A stretch of 64,000 nt of DNA from Bacteroidota bacterium. Lineage in GTDB: Bacteria; Bacteroidota; Bacteroidia; Bacteroidales; Prolixibacteraceae. The notes below the pieces were generated by a model. The model was not told where the DNA came from and did no database searches. It worked only from the letters and a program-made list of their open reading frames with translations. Shown here in pieces: positions 45,572 to 56,227 of this stretch (positions within the stretch are counted from its first letter, which is position 1; every line of letters begins with the position of its first letter). The translations under genes were made by a program, and so were the position numbers. The DNA lies in NCBI GenBank assembly GCA_029265715.1, contig JAJUGZ010000003.1, forward strand, positions 10,322-74,321. Reading direction: 5' to 3'.

Positions 45572-46534
45572 TTAAGCTTCGGGTATTATCCAGGCATTAT
45601 CTTCTTTTCCCCGGATATAAGTTTCGATGTGCCTGTCTTTTTTGGCTTCGTAAATGTCCTGAATGGTTACGATAATTCCGGTTTCCTCCACATCCCCAAA
45701 ATGATCATTGATTACTGTGCCAAATGTTTTCATCGACGGGCTTAGGTTCATATAGGCATTAATCAATGGTGGAATATTTTCGCCGTATTCCCGTACCCGT
45801 TGTGTTAAAATCCGATAATCTTCTTTGTAGGAACCTCCACAGAAAATCTTATTCATTTCATTTTCGTCGATGTGCAAATCAAGTGGTTTCCGGGGAGTAA
45901 CAAGATTTTCGGTATCCCTGAAATATTTCGAGAAAAAGAATAAGATCAGGTTGCGGGCCTCGATATTAAAATGTGTATACATGGTGACTTTCCCAAAGAA
46001 ATACTTAATCTCCGGATGGTCAACCGTTAAGGCGCCAAGACCGTCCCACAGATTGTCGAGCGCAAAAAGTGCCTTGGCCCCCGCTTTGCTCGACTGATAG
46101 GCTGGTTGTACAAACGAACGGCCCAGCTCAAGCGTGTAGGGTAGGTATTCTTTTAGAAATTGTTCGGAAAAGTTGAAAAACGGGGATGTTGCAAGGATGA
46201 CATCGCCATTTTCGTCAACTGGCAGGTCTTTGCATAGGATATACCGGTATCCGCCTAAAATTTCCTGTGCATCCGGATCCCATACAATAAGCTGTTTGTA
46301 TGGATCGGCATTGGTATCGTATATGTCAATGTCAACTTCTTCGCCGGTTCCTCCTCCGGCATCCCGAAAGGTAAGTTCCCTCAACCGGCCGATCTCCAAC
46401 ATCACATTGGGCGAATCGTTGTGTGTAATTACATATATTTCGTTCGCACCTTTGTTGGTTTTTCGTAATAATTTATCCGGAGTTAATTCGGCTAGCAAAA
46501 CCTCTCTGGGAACAGGTGCAATAATGTCTTTCAT
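45572..46534 (-). CDS. GNAT/Acetyltransf_5 amino-lipid N-acyltransferase (GlsB/OlsB-like)
   Basis: EIGRLRELTFR, ILGGYR, ELGRSFV, LDNLWDGLG, IPPLINAY. Confidence 0.8.
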   Translation of the reverse strand: MKDIIAPVPREVLLAELTPDKLLRKTNKGANEIYVITHNDSPNVMLEIGRLRELTFRDAGGGTGEEVDIDIYDTNADPYKQLIVWDPDAQEILGGYRYILCKDLPVDENGDVILATSPFFNFSEQFLKEYLPYTLELGRSFVQPAYQSSKAGAKALFALDNLWDGLGALTVDHPEIKYFFGKVTMYTHFNIEARNLILFFFSKYFRDTENLVTPRKPLDLHIDENEMNKIFCGGSYKEDYRILTQRVREYGENIPPLINAYMNLSPSMKTFGTVINDHFGDVEETGIIVTIQDIYEAKKDRHIETYIRGKEDNAWIIPEA

Positions 46535-46565
46535 CCTTTTTTGCCTGCTAATTTTTAGTCGGGTA

Positions 46566-46573
46566 CAAAACTA
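46566..46573 (-). promoter_or_regulatory. -7 promoter element
   Basis: TAGTTTTG on the minus strand. Confidence 0.5.
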
Positions 46574-46623
46574 TAAAAAATAACGTATGGATGACTTTTG
46601 TCCGGAATTAAAATTGAGATTGG

Positions 46624-47454
46624 CTATTTCACGGACAAACTGTAAACAATATCTTTAACATACGAAGCCCATTCGTTGGGTGTTTTGGATTTATCGAATG
46701 TTTGCCAGGGAATTGGTTTGCCAAACGTAAGGGTGAATTCTTGGTTTTTTTGTTTGAACAGCTCGTCGGGTAGAAAGAACATTTCCAAGTTCCATTTAAT
46801 CCTGAACCGGGTCCTGAAATTAGCCAGGTTGTAGAAAAAATTGGAATTTCGCCCGCTGATGTGGACTGGCACTACATCGCGCTGGTATTCAACAGCTTTA
46901 ACTACAAAGTGTTTCTGCCATGTGAAATCGCGGATTTCCCCTTTGATTTTCCGGGAAGCAAATCCGGAAGGGAAAATAAGGATTTGGACATCGGAAGAAT
47001 ATGCGTCGTGAAGCGTTTGCAACAAGTCGCGGCTCAGTCCCCCGTGTTTGTTAATCGGGACAAAAATGGGCCGCAACTGCGGAATGTTCATTAGTACGTC
47101 GTTCACAAGAAACCGGACTTCGCCGAGGCGCTTATGCACATTGCTCATCAGCAACATCGAATCAAAACCTCCGAGTGGATGGTTTGAGGCAAAAATGTAG
47201 CGGCCTCCCTGAGGAATATTCTCAAGCCCGACAATGTTTTGCCTGACATTGAAGTAGCTGACCATACTGTCGGAAAATTCAATCCCACGTTCGTTCCCGT
47301 GGACTGACAATATTTGGTTGATCTCATCAATATGCATAATCCGGTTGATAAACCGGTACACAAAACCGGGCATTTTTTTGGCGAGCCCTGGATTCTTCTC
47401 TGCAAATACTTCCCGGATATTTATGGGTTTAAAAGGTTCTTGCGATTGTTCCAT
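46624..47454 (-). CDS. PlsC-like O-acyltransferase (GlsA/OlsA-like)
   Basis: FASNHPLGGFD HxxxxD motif, IFPSG, RDVVPVHISGRNS. Confidence 0.85.
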   Translation of the reverse strand: MEQSQEPFKPINIREVFAEKNPGLAKKMPGFVYRFINRIMHIDEINQILSVHGNERGIEFSDSMVSYFNVRQNIVGLENIPQGGRYIFASNHPLGGFDSMLLMSNVHKRLGEVRFLVNDVLMNIPQLRPIFVPINKHGGLSRDLLQTLHDAYSSDVQILIFPSGFASRKIKGEIRDFTWQKHFVVKAVEYQRDVVPVHISGRNSNFFYNLANFRTRFRIKWNLEMFFLPDELFKQKNQEFTLTFGKPIPWQTFDKSKTPNEWASYVKDIVYSLSVK

Positions 47455-47690
47455 ATTGGATTATTTTTGCGAACCGAAAATAGAAAAAATATTGTATCAG
47501 CTGATTTTGTCCGTGAAAGAGAAGAAAGCATCTGGTTTTGGTTTTTTTGCCTTTTTTAAAGTTATCAACTGTTGTTGGTAATTTTATCTGTTTATAGCAA
47601 ATGATTGTGATTTAGTGCTTTGTGAATGTTTTTCTGTTTATAATGGCGTTTTTTCAACAGGTAATTAACAGGCTTTTTTGATAAATTTAA

Positions 47691-47730
47691 GTGACGCAGG
47701 GTGACTAAAAGTGACTTAAAGTGGAATTTT
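47691..47730 (+). promoter_or_regulatory. probable MraZ operator: four GTG boxes at 10-bp period
   Basis: GTGAC at 47691, 47701 and 47711; GTGGA at 47721; a -7-like TACTTTTA at 47745. Confidence 0.7.
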
Positions 47731-47778
47731 AATTATGAAATTGCTACTTTTACGATTGGAAAATAGGCACTTGACAAA

Positions 47779-48234
47779 ATGGATTTCTCATCAGAAAAAC
47801 GGGCAACTTTCGACGAAAAAGGAAGGGTAGTTTTGCCAGCCGACTTCAAAAATCAGTTGGGCGGCAAAATTCCTGATGGCCAGATGGCTGTTGAGATCGA
47901 TCCGTATGAAAAGTGCTTGAATATTTATCCGATGCCCGAATGGGAAAAACGGTTGTCGGATATAAAATCCAAACTAAACCGCGACGACAGAATCCAGAGC
48001 CGCCTGCTTGATATGTTCTACCGGAATTTTAAAGTTGTCCCTGTTCCGGATAGCTGCCGGATCAATATTCCGAATGATTTTTTGAATAAGGTCGGGATAA
48101 AAAAAGATGTGGTATTTGTGGGTGTTGGCGAGCGGATCAGATTGTGGGATTCCGCTCAGTATGAGGCCTATATTGATTCGCAGGGTGATTTTGGGACTTT
48201 GTTTGAACAGGAAATTTGTAAACGTGGGGAATAG
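47779..48234 (+). CDS. mraZ: division/cell-wall cluster repressor
   Basis: DEKGRVVLP and DSCRINIP SpoVT/AbrB repeats, GVGERIRLWD; first gene of the dcw cluster. Confidence 0.9.
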   Translation: MDFSSEKRATFDEKGRVVLPADFKNQLGGKIPDGQMAVEIDPYEKCLNIYPMPEWEKRLSDIKSKLNRDDRIQSRLLDMFYRNFKVVPVPDSCRINIPNDFLNKVGIKKDVVFVGVGERIRLWDSAQYEAYIDSQGDFGTLFEQEICKRGE

Positions 48235-48236
48235 TT

Positions 48237-49139
48237 GTGGAAAGAGAATATCACATACCTGTTTTGCTCAACGAGAGCGTTGACGGGCTGAATGTGGACA
48301 AAGGCGGTGATTACGTTGATGTTACATTCGGAGGGGGCGGGCATTCCCGTGAAATATTGTCGCGTTTGAGGGATGGTTGTCTGTATGCGTTTGATCAGGA
48401 TGAAGATGCGGCTGCCAATGTGATCGATGACCCCAGATTTGTTTTTACCCGCCACAATTTTAAATATCTCCGGAATTTTTTACGGTATTACGGTGTTGAA
48501 AAAGTTGACGGTATTTTGGCCGACCTGGGTGTTTCTTCTCACGATTTTGACGAGGCTGACCGCGGTTTTTCGTTTCGTTTTGATGCCGACCTGGATATGC
48601 GAATGAACCGAAATTCAGGCTTGTCGGCAGCCGAGGTGGTAAATACGTATCCGGAAGAACAGCTCCGCATGATTTTTCAGGAGTATGGCGAGATAAATAA
48701 TGCCGGACGGGTTGCCCGTCAGTTGGTGAGTTATCGTCAGGGAAAATCGGTTCGGACAATCGCTGATTTTAAAGATGCATTGGCCGGGTGTGTCCCGAAA
48801 GCCAAAGAAAGCAAGTATCTGGCGCAGGTTTTCCAGGCGCTCCGGATTGAAACAAACAACGAACTCGAAGTCTTGAGAGAGTTTTTGGAACAGAGCGCCG
48901 AGTTGCTTAAGCCGGGTGGCCGGCTGGTTGTCATTACCTATCATTCACTCGAAGACCGGCTGGTGAAAAATTTTATGAAGACTGGTAATTGCGAGGGCAT
49001 TCAGGAAAAAGATTTTTTCGGGAATGTGGTTTCGCCTTTCGAATTGATCACCCGGAAAGTGATTGTCCCCGATCAGGAAGAGATCGAGCGTAATCCGCGC
49101 GCAAGAAGCGCTAAGTTGAGAATTGCTGAAAAGAAATAG
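48237..49139 (+). CDS. rsmH: 16S rRNA m4C1402 methyltransferase
   Basis: YHIPVLL, DVTFGGGGHS, DLGVSS, FQALRIETN, YHSLEDR, NPRARSAKLR; GTG start. Confidence 0.97.
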   Translation: MEREYHIPVLLNESVDGLNVDKGGDYVDVTFGGGGHSREILSRLRDGCLYAFDQDEDAAANVIDDPRFVFTRHNFKYLRNFLRYYGVEKVDGILADLGVSSHDFDEADRGFSFRFDADLDMRMNRNSGLSAAEVVNTYPEEQLRMIFQEYGEINNAGRVARQLVSYRQGKSVRTIADFKDALAGCVPKAKESKYLAQVFQALRIETNNELEVLREFLEQSAELLKPGGRLVVITYHSLEDRLVKNFMKTGNCEGIQEKDFFGNVVSPFELITRKVIVPDQEEIERNPRARSAKLRIAEKK

Positions 49140-49140
49140 A

Positions 49141-49581
49141 ATGGCAGAGGGAAAGGAAAATATGGCAGCAGAAGAGGTCGGGCAAAAAACGGCTGAATCT
49201 CAGGAGCAGGAGCCTGTTGTGGCAGAGGCTGCCAAGCCCGGGAAAAAGAAGCTACTGGTTTCGGGCGTAAAAAGTGTTTTGGGAGGAGGTGTGCTTGGTA
49301 GCGATCGGGTAATGCGCCAAATCCCATTTATTTTCTTTTTAGTTTTTCTGAGTTTGGTCATGATTACCAATCGCTATTGGTCGGAGCAGACCATTCGTGA
49401 GATTGAGATGGTGAAGGATTCGATCAGGCAGTTAAGCGCTGAAGCTGTAACTCACGAGGCAAAGTTAATGGGCATTAACCGTCCGTCGGAAGTTGCTCGT
49501 CGGGTGCAGGAAAATGGGCTTGAATTAATGGAACCGGAACATCCGGCACAACGGATCGTGGTAAAAAAACTTGAGGAATAA
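49141..49581 (+). CDS. ftsL: FtsL-like cell division protein
   Basis: Position between rsmH and ftsI; single TM followed by a coiled coil. Confidence 0.8.
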   Translation: MAEGKENMAAEEVGQKTAESQEQEPVVAEAAKPGKKKLLVSGVKSVLGGGVLGSDRVMRQIPFIFFLVFLSLVMITNRYWSEQTIREIEMVKDSIRQLSAEAVTHEAKLMGINRPSEVARRVQENGLELMEPEHPAQRIVVKKLEE

Positions 49582-52215
49582 ATGGAGATCAGGAGAGAAA
49601 TAACAATGCGCTTTGGCATCATCTATTTTTTGATTGCCTTGGTTGGACTGGTTATTGTCGTGAAGATTTTCATGATCCAGAATGTTGATACTGCGCATTG
49701 GAGCCAGATTGCCAAAGACCTGAGGAGCAATACGACCGAAATATTTGCCAAACGCGGAAATATTTGTGCCGACGACGGAACGGTGCTGGCAACCTCGCTG
49801 CCATTGTACGAGATCCGGATGGATCTGGCCGCGTCGAGAATTAAAGAGATATTCAATACCGAATCCAACCTGTTGGTTAACGAGGTTTCGGATTACCTCG
49901 GAATCTCGAAACCCGATCTTCAGAGCCGGCTAAATGCCGCTTTCCTGAAAAAGAACCGCTGGTTTTTACTAGTAAACGATAAACTGGATATTACCCAGTT
50001 GGCCGGGTTGAAAAAACTTCGTTGTATGTCACGAAGCAAATTTGGATCGGGACTTATCGTTGTGGCTGAAAACAACCGCATATTGCCCCATGGCGATTTG
50101 GCCAGCCGTACCATCGGAGTATTAAACAAGGGAGCGTTTGGCGGAGTTCATGGAAATGTGGGGTACAACGGGATCGAAGGCTTGGAAGAAAATTACTTGT
50201 CCGGACAGAATGGACTGGCATTGAAACGCAACCTTTCCGGAATATGGGTGAATATGCCGTTGATCGATCCGGTCAACGGGAAAGATGTGATTACAACATT
50301 GAATGTAAATCTTCAGGATTATGCCCAAACCGCGCTGATGAAGCAAATGATCACCAGTGATGCCGAATGGGGTACCGCGATTGTGATGGAGGTGGCAACC
50401 GGAAACATCAAAGCCATCGCCAACCTGGGGCGAAAAAAAGATGGAACCTATGGCGAGACCTATAATTATGCAATTGGGCATCAGGGGTGTAGTGAGCCGG
50501 GATCGACGTTCAAGTTGGTTTCGCTGATGGTTGGCCTCGAACATGGTTACATTGACACGACCGAGCGTTTTGATACAGGTGTCGGCAAATGGGAATACAA
50601 AGGACAGACTGTTTATGACAGTGATTACGGACATGGCGGGCATGGCGTCATATCGGTGAAGAAGATCTTCGAGTTATCTTCGAATGTGGGAACCGCCAAG
50701 GTTATTACCAAGTACTATGAAAATCGGAAAGAAGATTTTATTGACCGGATCTACAATTTTGGGTTAAATAAGCCATTGGGACTTGGCTTTCTGGGCGAGG
50801 GGACTCCCCAGATTAAGTATCCGACCGATCAGAATTGGTGGGGGCCTTCTCTGGCCTGGATCTCTTTTGGGTATGAGATTAAAGTGACCCCGATGCAAAC
50901 CCTGACCTTTTACAATGCGATTGCCAACAATGGTAAAATGGTGAAGCCCCGGTTTATCGACGAGGTTCGTGAGGATGGCATCCTGGTCAGGAAATTTCCG
51001 GTTGAGGTTATTAATCCCTCGATTTGCTCGAGAAAAACGTTGACTATCGCTCAGGAGTTATTAAAAGGAGTGGTTGAACACGGAACCGGGAAAGCGCTAA
51101 AAAGTCCGTATTACAAATTGGCCGGAAAGACTGGTACGGCTCAGATTGCATACGATAATGCCGGCTATAGCGTTGGCGGACAAAAAAGGTATCAAGCCTC
51201 GTTTTGCGGATATTTCCCGGCTGATAACCCGAAATATTCCTGTATTGTCGTTATCGTGGGGCCGAAGGGAAAATATTATGGAGGTTCGGTAGCTGGTCCG
51301 GTTTTTCGTGAGATTGCCGATAAAGTTTATGCGACTTTTCTCGATCCGATTCCGCCCCGCCAGGATACAATTATTCCGGCGCCTCCTGTGAAACCAGGGT
51401 TGAAAGACGATATTCTGCGCGAAACCATGGAGCTTGAACTTCAGGCATCCTCAGAAATAAAAGATGGAACATTAGCATATGCAAAATCAGAAGGGCCCAA
51501 AGTCACAGTTTCGGGAATGATGAACATGCCGGGCATGATGCCGGATGTGACCGGAATGGGCGCATCCGATGCGGTATATGCTCTGGAAAGCGCTGGTATG
51601 AATGTAAAAATTAAGGGCTTTGGCAGGGTGATGTCTCAGTCGGTTCCGGCAGGAGCTCCAATCCAGAAAGATTTTCCGGTTGTATTGGAGTTAGGTGTTG
51701 GCGAATTACTGGGCGACAGCACACGTTTGCTTGCCTCGGTAGCTGATTCACTGGTTCAGGGGCCGGTTCAATTGGCTGATCAAATTAAAGCAGCAGTTAA
51801 AGCTGTCCAGCCCGATGAAGCTGATGAGGATGATGTTGCTCCGGAATTGAGAAATACCCCGGCACAAGTTGCCCCGGCTCCGAAAAAAAATGTGACTTCC
51901 GATAAAAAGGTCACAGTCCCGGCAAAAAAGGCGGCTCCGTCAACAACACAGAAAAAAACAACAACTACGGTGAAAGAGCCTGCAACAACCAAGAAGCCTG
52001 TTACAACGGCTAAAAAGCCTGCAACTGCAACGAAAGTACCAGCAGCAACTGCAGGGAAAAAAACAGCTGCGCCAACAACAAAGAAACCGGCCGCAGCAAC
52101 AGCTAAAAAGCCAGATGCTGCAAATCAAACAAAAACGAAGAATACAAAAGCTCAAATAAAGAACAATGCAAACGCTAAAAAAACTACTAACGGGAATACC
52201 GGTCAACGAAAGTAA
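49582..52215 (+). CDS. ftsI: septal transpeptidase (class B PBP) with PASTA domain and a long basic low-complexity tail
   Basis: EPGSTFK (SxxK), SSN (SxN), KTG triad, PDVTGM PASTA, then a K/A/T/P-rich tail. Confidence 0.95.
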   Translation: MEIRREITMRFGIIYFLIALVGLVIVVKIFMIQNVDTAHWSQIAKDLRSNTTEIFAKRGNICADDGTVLATSLPLYEIRMDLAASRIKEIFNTESNLLVNEVSDYLGISKPDLQSRLNAAFLKKNRWFLLVNDKLDITQLAGLKKLRCMSRSKFGSGLIVVAENNRILPHGDLASRTIGVLNKGAFGGVHGNVGYNGIEGLEENYLSGQNGLALKRNLSGIWVNMPLIDPVNGKDVITTLNVNLQDYAQTALMKQMITSDAEWGTAIVMEVATGNIKAIANLGRKKDGTYGETYNYAIGHQGCSEPGSTFKLVSLMVGLEHGYIDTTERFDTGVGKWEYKGQTVYDSDYGHGGHGVISVKKIFELSSNVGTAKVITKYYENRKEDFIDRIYNFGLNKPLGLGFLGEGTPQIKYPTDQNWWGPSLAWISFGYEIKVTPMQTLTFYNAIANNGKMVKPRFIDEVREDGILVRKFPVEVINPSICSRKTLTIAQELLKGVVEHGTGKALKSPYYKLAGKTGTAQIAYDNAGYSVGGQKRYQASFCGYFPADNPKYSCIVVIVGPKGKYYGGSVAGPVFREIADKVYATFLDPIPPRQDTIIPAPPVKPGLKDDILRETMELELQASSEIKDGTLAYAKSEGPKVTVSGMMNMPGMMPDVTGMGASDAVYALESAGMNVKIKGFGRVMSQSVPAGAPIQKDFPVVLELGVGELLGDSTRLLASVADSLVQGPVQLADQIKAAVKAVQPDEADEDDVAPELRNTPAQVAPAPKKNVTSDKKVTVPAKKAAPSTTQKKTTTTVKEPATTKKPVTTAKKPATATKVPAATAGKKTAAPTTKKPAAATAKKPDAANQTKTKNTKAQIKNNANAKKTTNGNTGQRK

Positions 52216-53623
52216 AGGCGATTTGAATGTCAGGATCAGGCAAGTTCAGTTTGATTCCCGGAAAGTTGCCCCGGGCGATTTGTTTGTGGCAGTGAAAGGG
52301 ACGCATACCGACGGCCACCAGTTTATAGCCAAAGCGATTGAACAGGGCGCGGTTGCCGTTGTTTGTGAAGAAATGCCTTCGGAACTTCCCGATGGTGTGG
52401 TATTTGTCCGGATTGAAAACACCCAGAAAAATTTTGGAATTATTGCCTCTGCTTTTTATGGCAACCCGTCTGATAATTTAAAAGTAGTCGGGGTCACCGG
52501 GACAAACGGCAAAACCACAATAGCTACGCTTTTGTATAAAACATTCAGTCTGCTGGGGTATAAAGTGGGGTTGATTTCTACCATTAAATATTATGTGGGC
52601 GATGACGAATTTCCGGCGACTCATACCACGCCCGATGCCCTGGCCATACAACAGTTGATGGCAAAAATGGTGGAGGCCGGTTGTGAGTACTGCTTCATGG
52701 AGGTAAGCTCGCACGCGGTTGATCAGGACCGTATCAGCGGGATCCAGTTTAATGGAGCCATCTTTACCAATCTGACCCACGATCATCTGGATTATCACCA
52801 CACATTCGCCGAATACCTTAAAGCCAAAAAAAAGTTTTTCGACCAGTTACCTCCGGACGCTTTTGCACTGACCAATGCCGACGATAAAAACGGGATGGTC
52901 ATGCTGCAAAATACAACTGCCCGGAAACTGACCTACACGTTGCGTTCGATGGGCGATTTTCGTTGTAAGGTACTTGAAAAACATTTTGACGGGATGTTGC
53001 TTAGCGTCGATGGGCACGAAGTCTGGACTCATTTTACCGGTCTTTTTAATGCCTATAACCTGATGGCCGTTTATGGCGCAACGCAAATGTTGGGCGTCAG
53101 TCAGGACGAGATGCTTCGGGTGATGAGCGAATTGCGCCCGGTTGCCGGTCGGTTCGAGATTATTCGTTCGCCCGAAGGAAAGTATGCGGTGGTTGATTAC
53201 GCGCACACGCCCGATGCCGTGAAAAATGTGCTTTCAGGAATTGCTGAAATCCGGACCGGGAACGAGCAGGTTATTACGGTTGTCGGCGCTGGTGGCGACC
53301 GCGATAAAACCAAACGTCCGGAGATGGCTGCCGAGGCATGCCGGTTAAGCGATAAGGTTATTCTGACTTCGGACAATCCGCGCTCGGAGGAGCCCGGGCA
53401 AATTTTGGCTGATATGGAAGCGGGTGTCGAAGCTCAATACAAATCGAAAGTGTTGTCGATTGTCAACCGCAAGGAAGCTATTCGAACGGCTTGTATGCTG
53501 GCGCGCCCGGGCGACATCATTCTGGTAGCTGGCAAAGGGCACGAAGATTATCAGGAAATAAAAGGCGTGAAATATCATTTCGACGATAAGGAAGTGATTA
53601 ACGAGATATTTGGGAACAACTAA
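52166..53623 (+). CDS. murE: UDP-MurNAc-dipeptide--diaminopimelate ligase
   Basis: [31 protein letters not shown] (DAP-type), AGKGHEDYQ; start overlaps the ftsI end by 50 nt. Confidence 0.95.
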   Translation: MQTLKKLLTGIPVNESKGDLNVRIRQVQFDSRKVAPGDLFVAVKGTHTDGHQFIAKAIEQGAVAVVCEEMPSELPDGVVFVRIENTQKNFGIIASAFYGNPSDNLKVVGVTGTNGKTTIATLLYKTFSLLGYKVGLISTIKYYVGDDEFPATHTTPDALAIQQLMAKMVEAGCEYCFMEVSSHAVDQDRISGIQFNGAIFTNLTHDHLDYHHTFAEYLKAKKKFFDQLPPDAFALTNADDKNGMVMLQNTTARKLTYTLRSMGDFRCKVLEKHFDGMLLSVDGHEVWTHFTGLFNAYNLMAVYGATQMLGVSQDEMLRVMSELRPVAGRFEIIRSPEGKYAVVDYAHTPDAVKNVLSGIAEIRTGNEQVITVVGAGGDRDKTKRPEMAAEACRLSDKVILTSDNPRSEEPGQILADMEAGVEAQYKSKVLSIVNRKEAIRTACMLARPGDIILVAGKGHEDYQEIKGVKYHFDDKEVINEIFGNN

Positions 53624-53634
53624 TACAGGAAGCT

Positions 53635-54885
53635 ATGTTGTATCATCTTTACGAATTTCTGAAGGGCTACGATATCCCGGGGATGGGAATGTTACAGTAC
53701 ATTTCGTTTCGCTCGGGTGCGGCCATCATTTTGTCGCTGTTAATTACAATGGGTTTTGGAAAAAAACTGATCCGCTTTTTGCAGCGCAAACAGATTGGTG
53801 AGGAAGTTCGTGATCTGGGTCTTGAAGGGCAGTTGCAAAAAAAAGGCACGCCAACCATGGGGGGAATCATCATACTGGCTTCCATTATCATCCCGACCAT
53901 CTTGCTGGCTAGGCTCGACAACGTATATATCCTGCTGATGCTGATCACTACCGCATGGCTCGGGTTGATCGGGTTTGCCGACGACTACATCAAAGTATTT
54001 CTGAAAGATAAACAGGGCCTGGCCGGGAAGTTCAAAATTATGGGACAAGTTGGTCTGGGGCTTATTGTTGTTGCAACCTTGTTTTTTTCGGATGATGTTG
54101 TTGTTCGCGAAAAACAACGCGACGAAAAAGGCTTGTTAATAAAAGAAGTTGTTACCAATCCGCAAACGGGGCAGCCAGAATTGCAAGTGGTTACCAAAGA
54201 AGAAAAATCGACACTTACCACACTCCCATTTATTAAGAACCACGAGTTTGATTATACCTGGTTGGTTGCTTTTACCGGTAAATATGCCGAAGTGTTCGGA
54301 TGGATCGTTTATGCCATTGCTATTATCCTGATTATTACAGCTGTTTCGAATGCAGCTAACCTGACCGATGGGATTGATGGATTGGCCACGGGAACTTCGG
54401 CCATCAGCGGGGCCACGTTTGGTATCTTAGCCTACGTGAGTGGAAACGTGATTTATGCCGATTACCTGAACATCATGTATATTCCGAACCTTGGCGAGCT
54501 GACCGTGTTTATTTCAGCCTTTATCGGGGCAACCGTTGGTTTTTTGTGGTTTAACTCTTTCCCGGCCCAGGTTTTCATGGGCGATACCGGAAGCCTTGCG
54601 TTGGGTGGCATTCTGGCCGTTTTTGCCATTATTATCCGGAAAGAGTTTCTGATCCCCTTGTTGTGTGGAATCTTTTTGGTCGAAAATTTATCGGTCGTGA
54701 TTCAGGTCAGTTATTTTAAATATACCAAACGAAAATATGGAGAGGGAAGGAGGATTTTCCTGATGGCTCCCATTCATCATCATTACCAGAAAAAAGGAAT
54801 TCCGGAGGCAAAGATTGTTACCCGTTTCTGGATTGTCGGAATTATTCTGGCCGTGTTGACGATTGTAACCTTAAAAATGCGTTAG
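53635..54885 (+). CDS. mraY: phospho-MurNAc-pentapeptide translocase
   Basis: [38 protein letters not shown]. Confidence 0.97.
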   Translation: MLYHLYEFLKGYDIPGMGMLQYISFRSGAAIILSLLITMGFGKKLIRFLQRKQIGEEVRDLGLEGQLQKKGTPTMGGIIILASIIIPTILLARLDNVYILLMLITTAWLGLIGFADDYIKVFLKDKQGLAGKFKIMGQVGLGLIVVATLFFSDDVVVREKQRDEKGLLIKEVVTNPQTGQPELQVVTKEEKSTLTTLPFIKNHEFDYTWLVAFTGKYAEVFGWIVYAIAIILIITAVSNAANLTDGIDGLATGTSAISGATFGILAYVSGNVIYADYLNIMYIPNLGELTVFISAFIGATVGFLWFNSFPAQVFMGDTGSLALGGILAVFAIIIRKEFLIPLLCGIFLVENLSVVIQVSYFKYTKRKYGEGRRIFLMAPIHHHYQKKGIPEAKIVTRFWIVGIILAVLTIVTLKMR

Positions 54886-54888
54886 TCG

Positions 54889-56226
54889 ATGGCAAAAAAG
54901 TTAGTCATATTAGGTGCGGCTGAAAGCGGGGTTGGCGCGGCTATTCTAGGAGTCAAGCTCGGCTATCAGGTCTTTGTTTCAGACAAAGGTACAATTCGCG
55001 AAAAATACCGCCGCGAGCTGGATGAACGTTCAATCTTGTTTGAAGAAGGGCAACATTCGGAGGAGGTTATCCTGGCGGCCGATCTGGTTGTGAAGAGCCC
55101 GGGTATTCCCGAAAAGGCCCCGATAATTGTTAAGCTGAAAGAAAAAGGGATTCCGGTAATTTCCGAAATTGAGTTCGCCGGAAGGCATACATCGGCAAAA
55201 AAAATCTGCATTACAGGTAGTAACGGCAAGACTACCACAACTTTGCTAACTTACGATATCCTGAAACGGGCTGGCCTTAATGTGGGTCTGGCCGGAAATG
55301 TCGGGCAAAGTCTGGCCTGGCAGGTTGCCGAAAAAGACTATGATTATTATGTGATTGAGCTGAGCAGTTTTCAGCTCGACGGAATGATCGAGTTTAAAGC
55401 AGATGTTGCCATTTTGTTGAATATTACTCCTGATCATCTTGATCGCTACGAATATAAGATGCAAAACTACATCGACTCAAAGTTCCGGATTGCGCAGAAC
55501 CAGGGGCCGAACGATGTTTTTATCTACTGTGCCGACGATCCGGTGGTGGGCTACGAAATGACCATGCGTCAGTTACCCGCCCGCTGTGTGCCTTTTGGCC
55601 TGGGGAAACCTCCGGTATGCGGGGCCGGCATTATCAATAACGAAATCATCATTAACTGGGAACAAAATCCATTTACCATGTCAATATTCGATCTTTCTTT
55701 ACAGGGTAAGCACAATACCTACAATTCGATGGCTGCCGGAATTGCCGGTAAAGTAGTTGAAATCAGGAATGAAAAGATCAGGGAAAGCCTGTCGGGTTTT
55801 GAAGGTGTTGAACACCGTCTCGAACGTTTTTTACGGGTTCATGGAATCGAGTTTATAAACGACTCGAAAGCAACCAACATCAACTCAACCTGGTATGCAC
55901 TGGAAAGTATGACCATGCCGACCGTGTGGATTGTCGGGGGCGTTGATAAAGGAAATGATTATTCGGAGCTGATGGATTTGGTCAAGGCAAAGGTGAAAGC
56001 CATTGTTTGCCTGGGCGTTGACAATACCAAGATTGTTGAAGCGTTTAAAAATACGGGAATCGATATTGTTGAAACACGCTCGATGGCCGATGCTGTTCGT
56101 TCGGCCTATTATTTGGCAAAAAACGGTGATGCTGTGCTGCTTTCGCCGGCATGTGCCAGCTTCGATTTGTTCGAGAACTACGAAGACCGTGGCCGTCAGT
56201 TTAAAAATGCAGTAAGAGATTTGTAA
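54889..56226 (+). CDS. murD: UDP-MurNAc-L-Ala--D-Glu ligase
   Basis: VKSPGIP, GSNGKTTT, ELSSFQL, NDSKATN, SPACASFD. Confidence 0.97.
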   Translation: MAKKLVILGAAESGVGAAILGVKLGYQVFVSDKGTIREKYRRELDERSILFEEGQHSEEVILAADLVVKSPGIPEKAPIIVKLKEKGIPVISEIEFAGRHTSAKKICITGSNGKTTTTLLTYDILKRAGLNVGLAGNVGQSLAWQVAEKDYDYYVIELSSFQLDGMIEFKADVAILLNITPDHLDRYEYKMQNYIDSKFRIAQNQGPNDVFIYCADDPVVGYEMTMRQLPARCVPFGLGKPPVCGAGIINNEIIINWEQNPFTMSIFDLSLQGKHNTYNSMAAGIAGKVVEIRNEKIRESLSGFEGVEHRLERFLRVHGIEFINDSKATNINSTWYALESMTMPTVWIVGGVDKGNDYSELMDLVKAKVKAIVCLGVDNTKIVEAFKNTGIDIVETRSMADAVRSAYYLAKNGDAVLLSPACASFDLFENYEDRGRQFKNAVRDL

Positions 56227-56227
56227 G

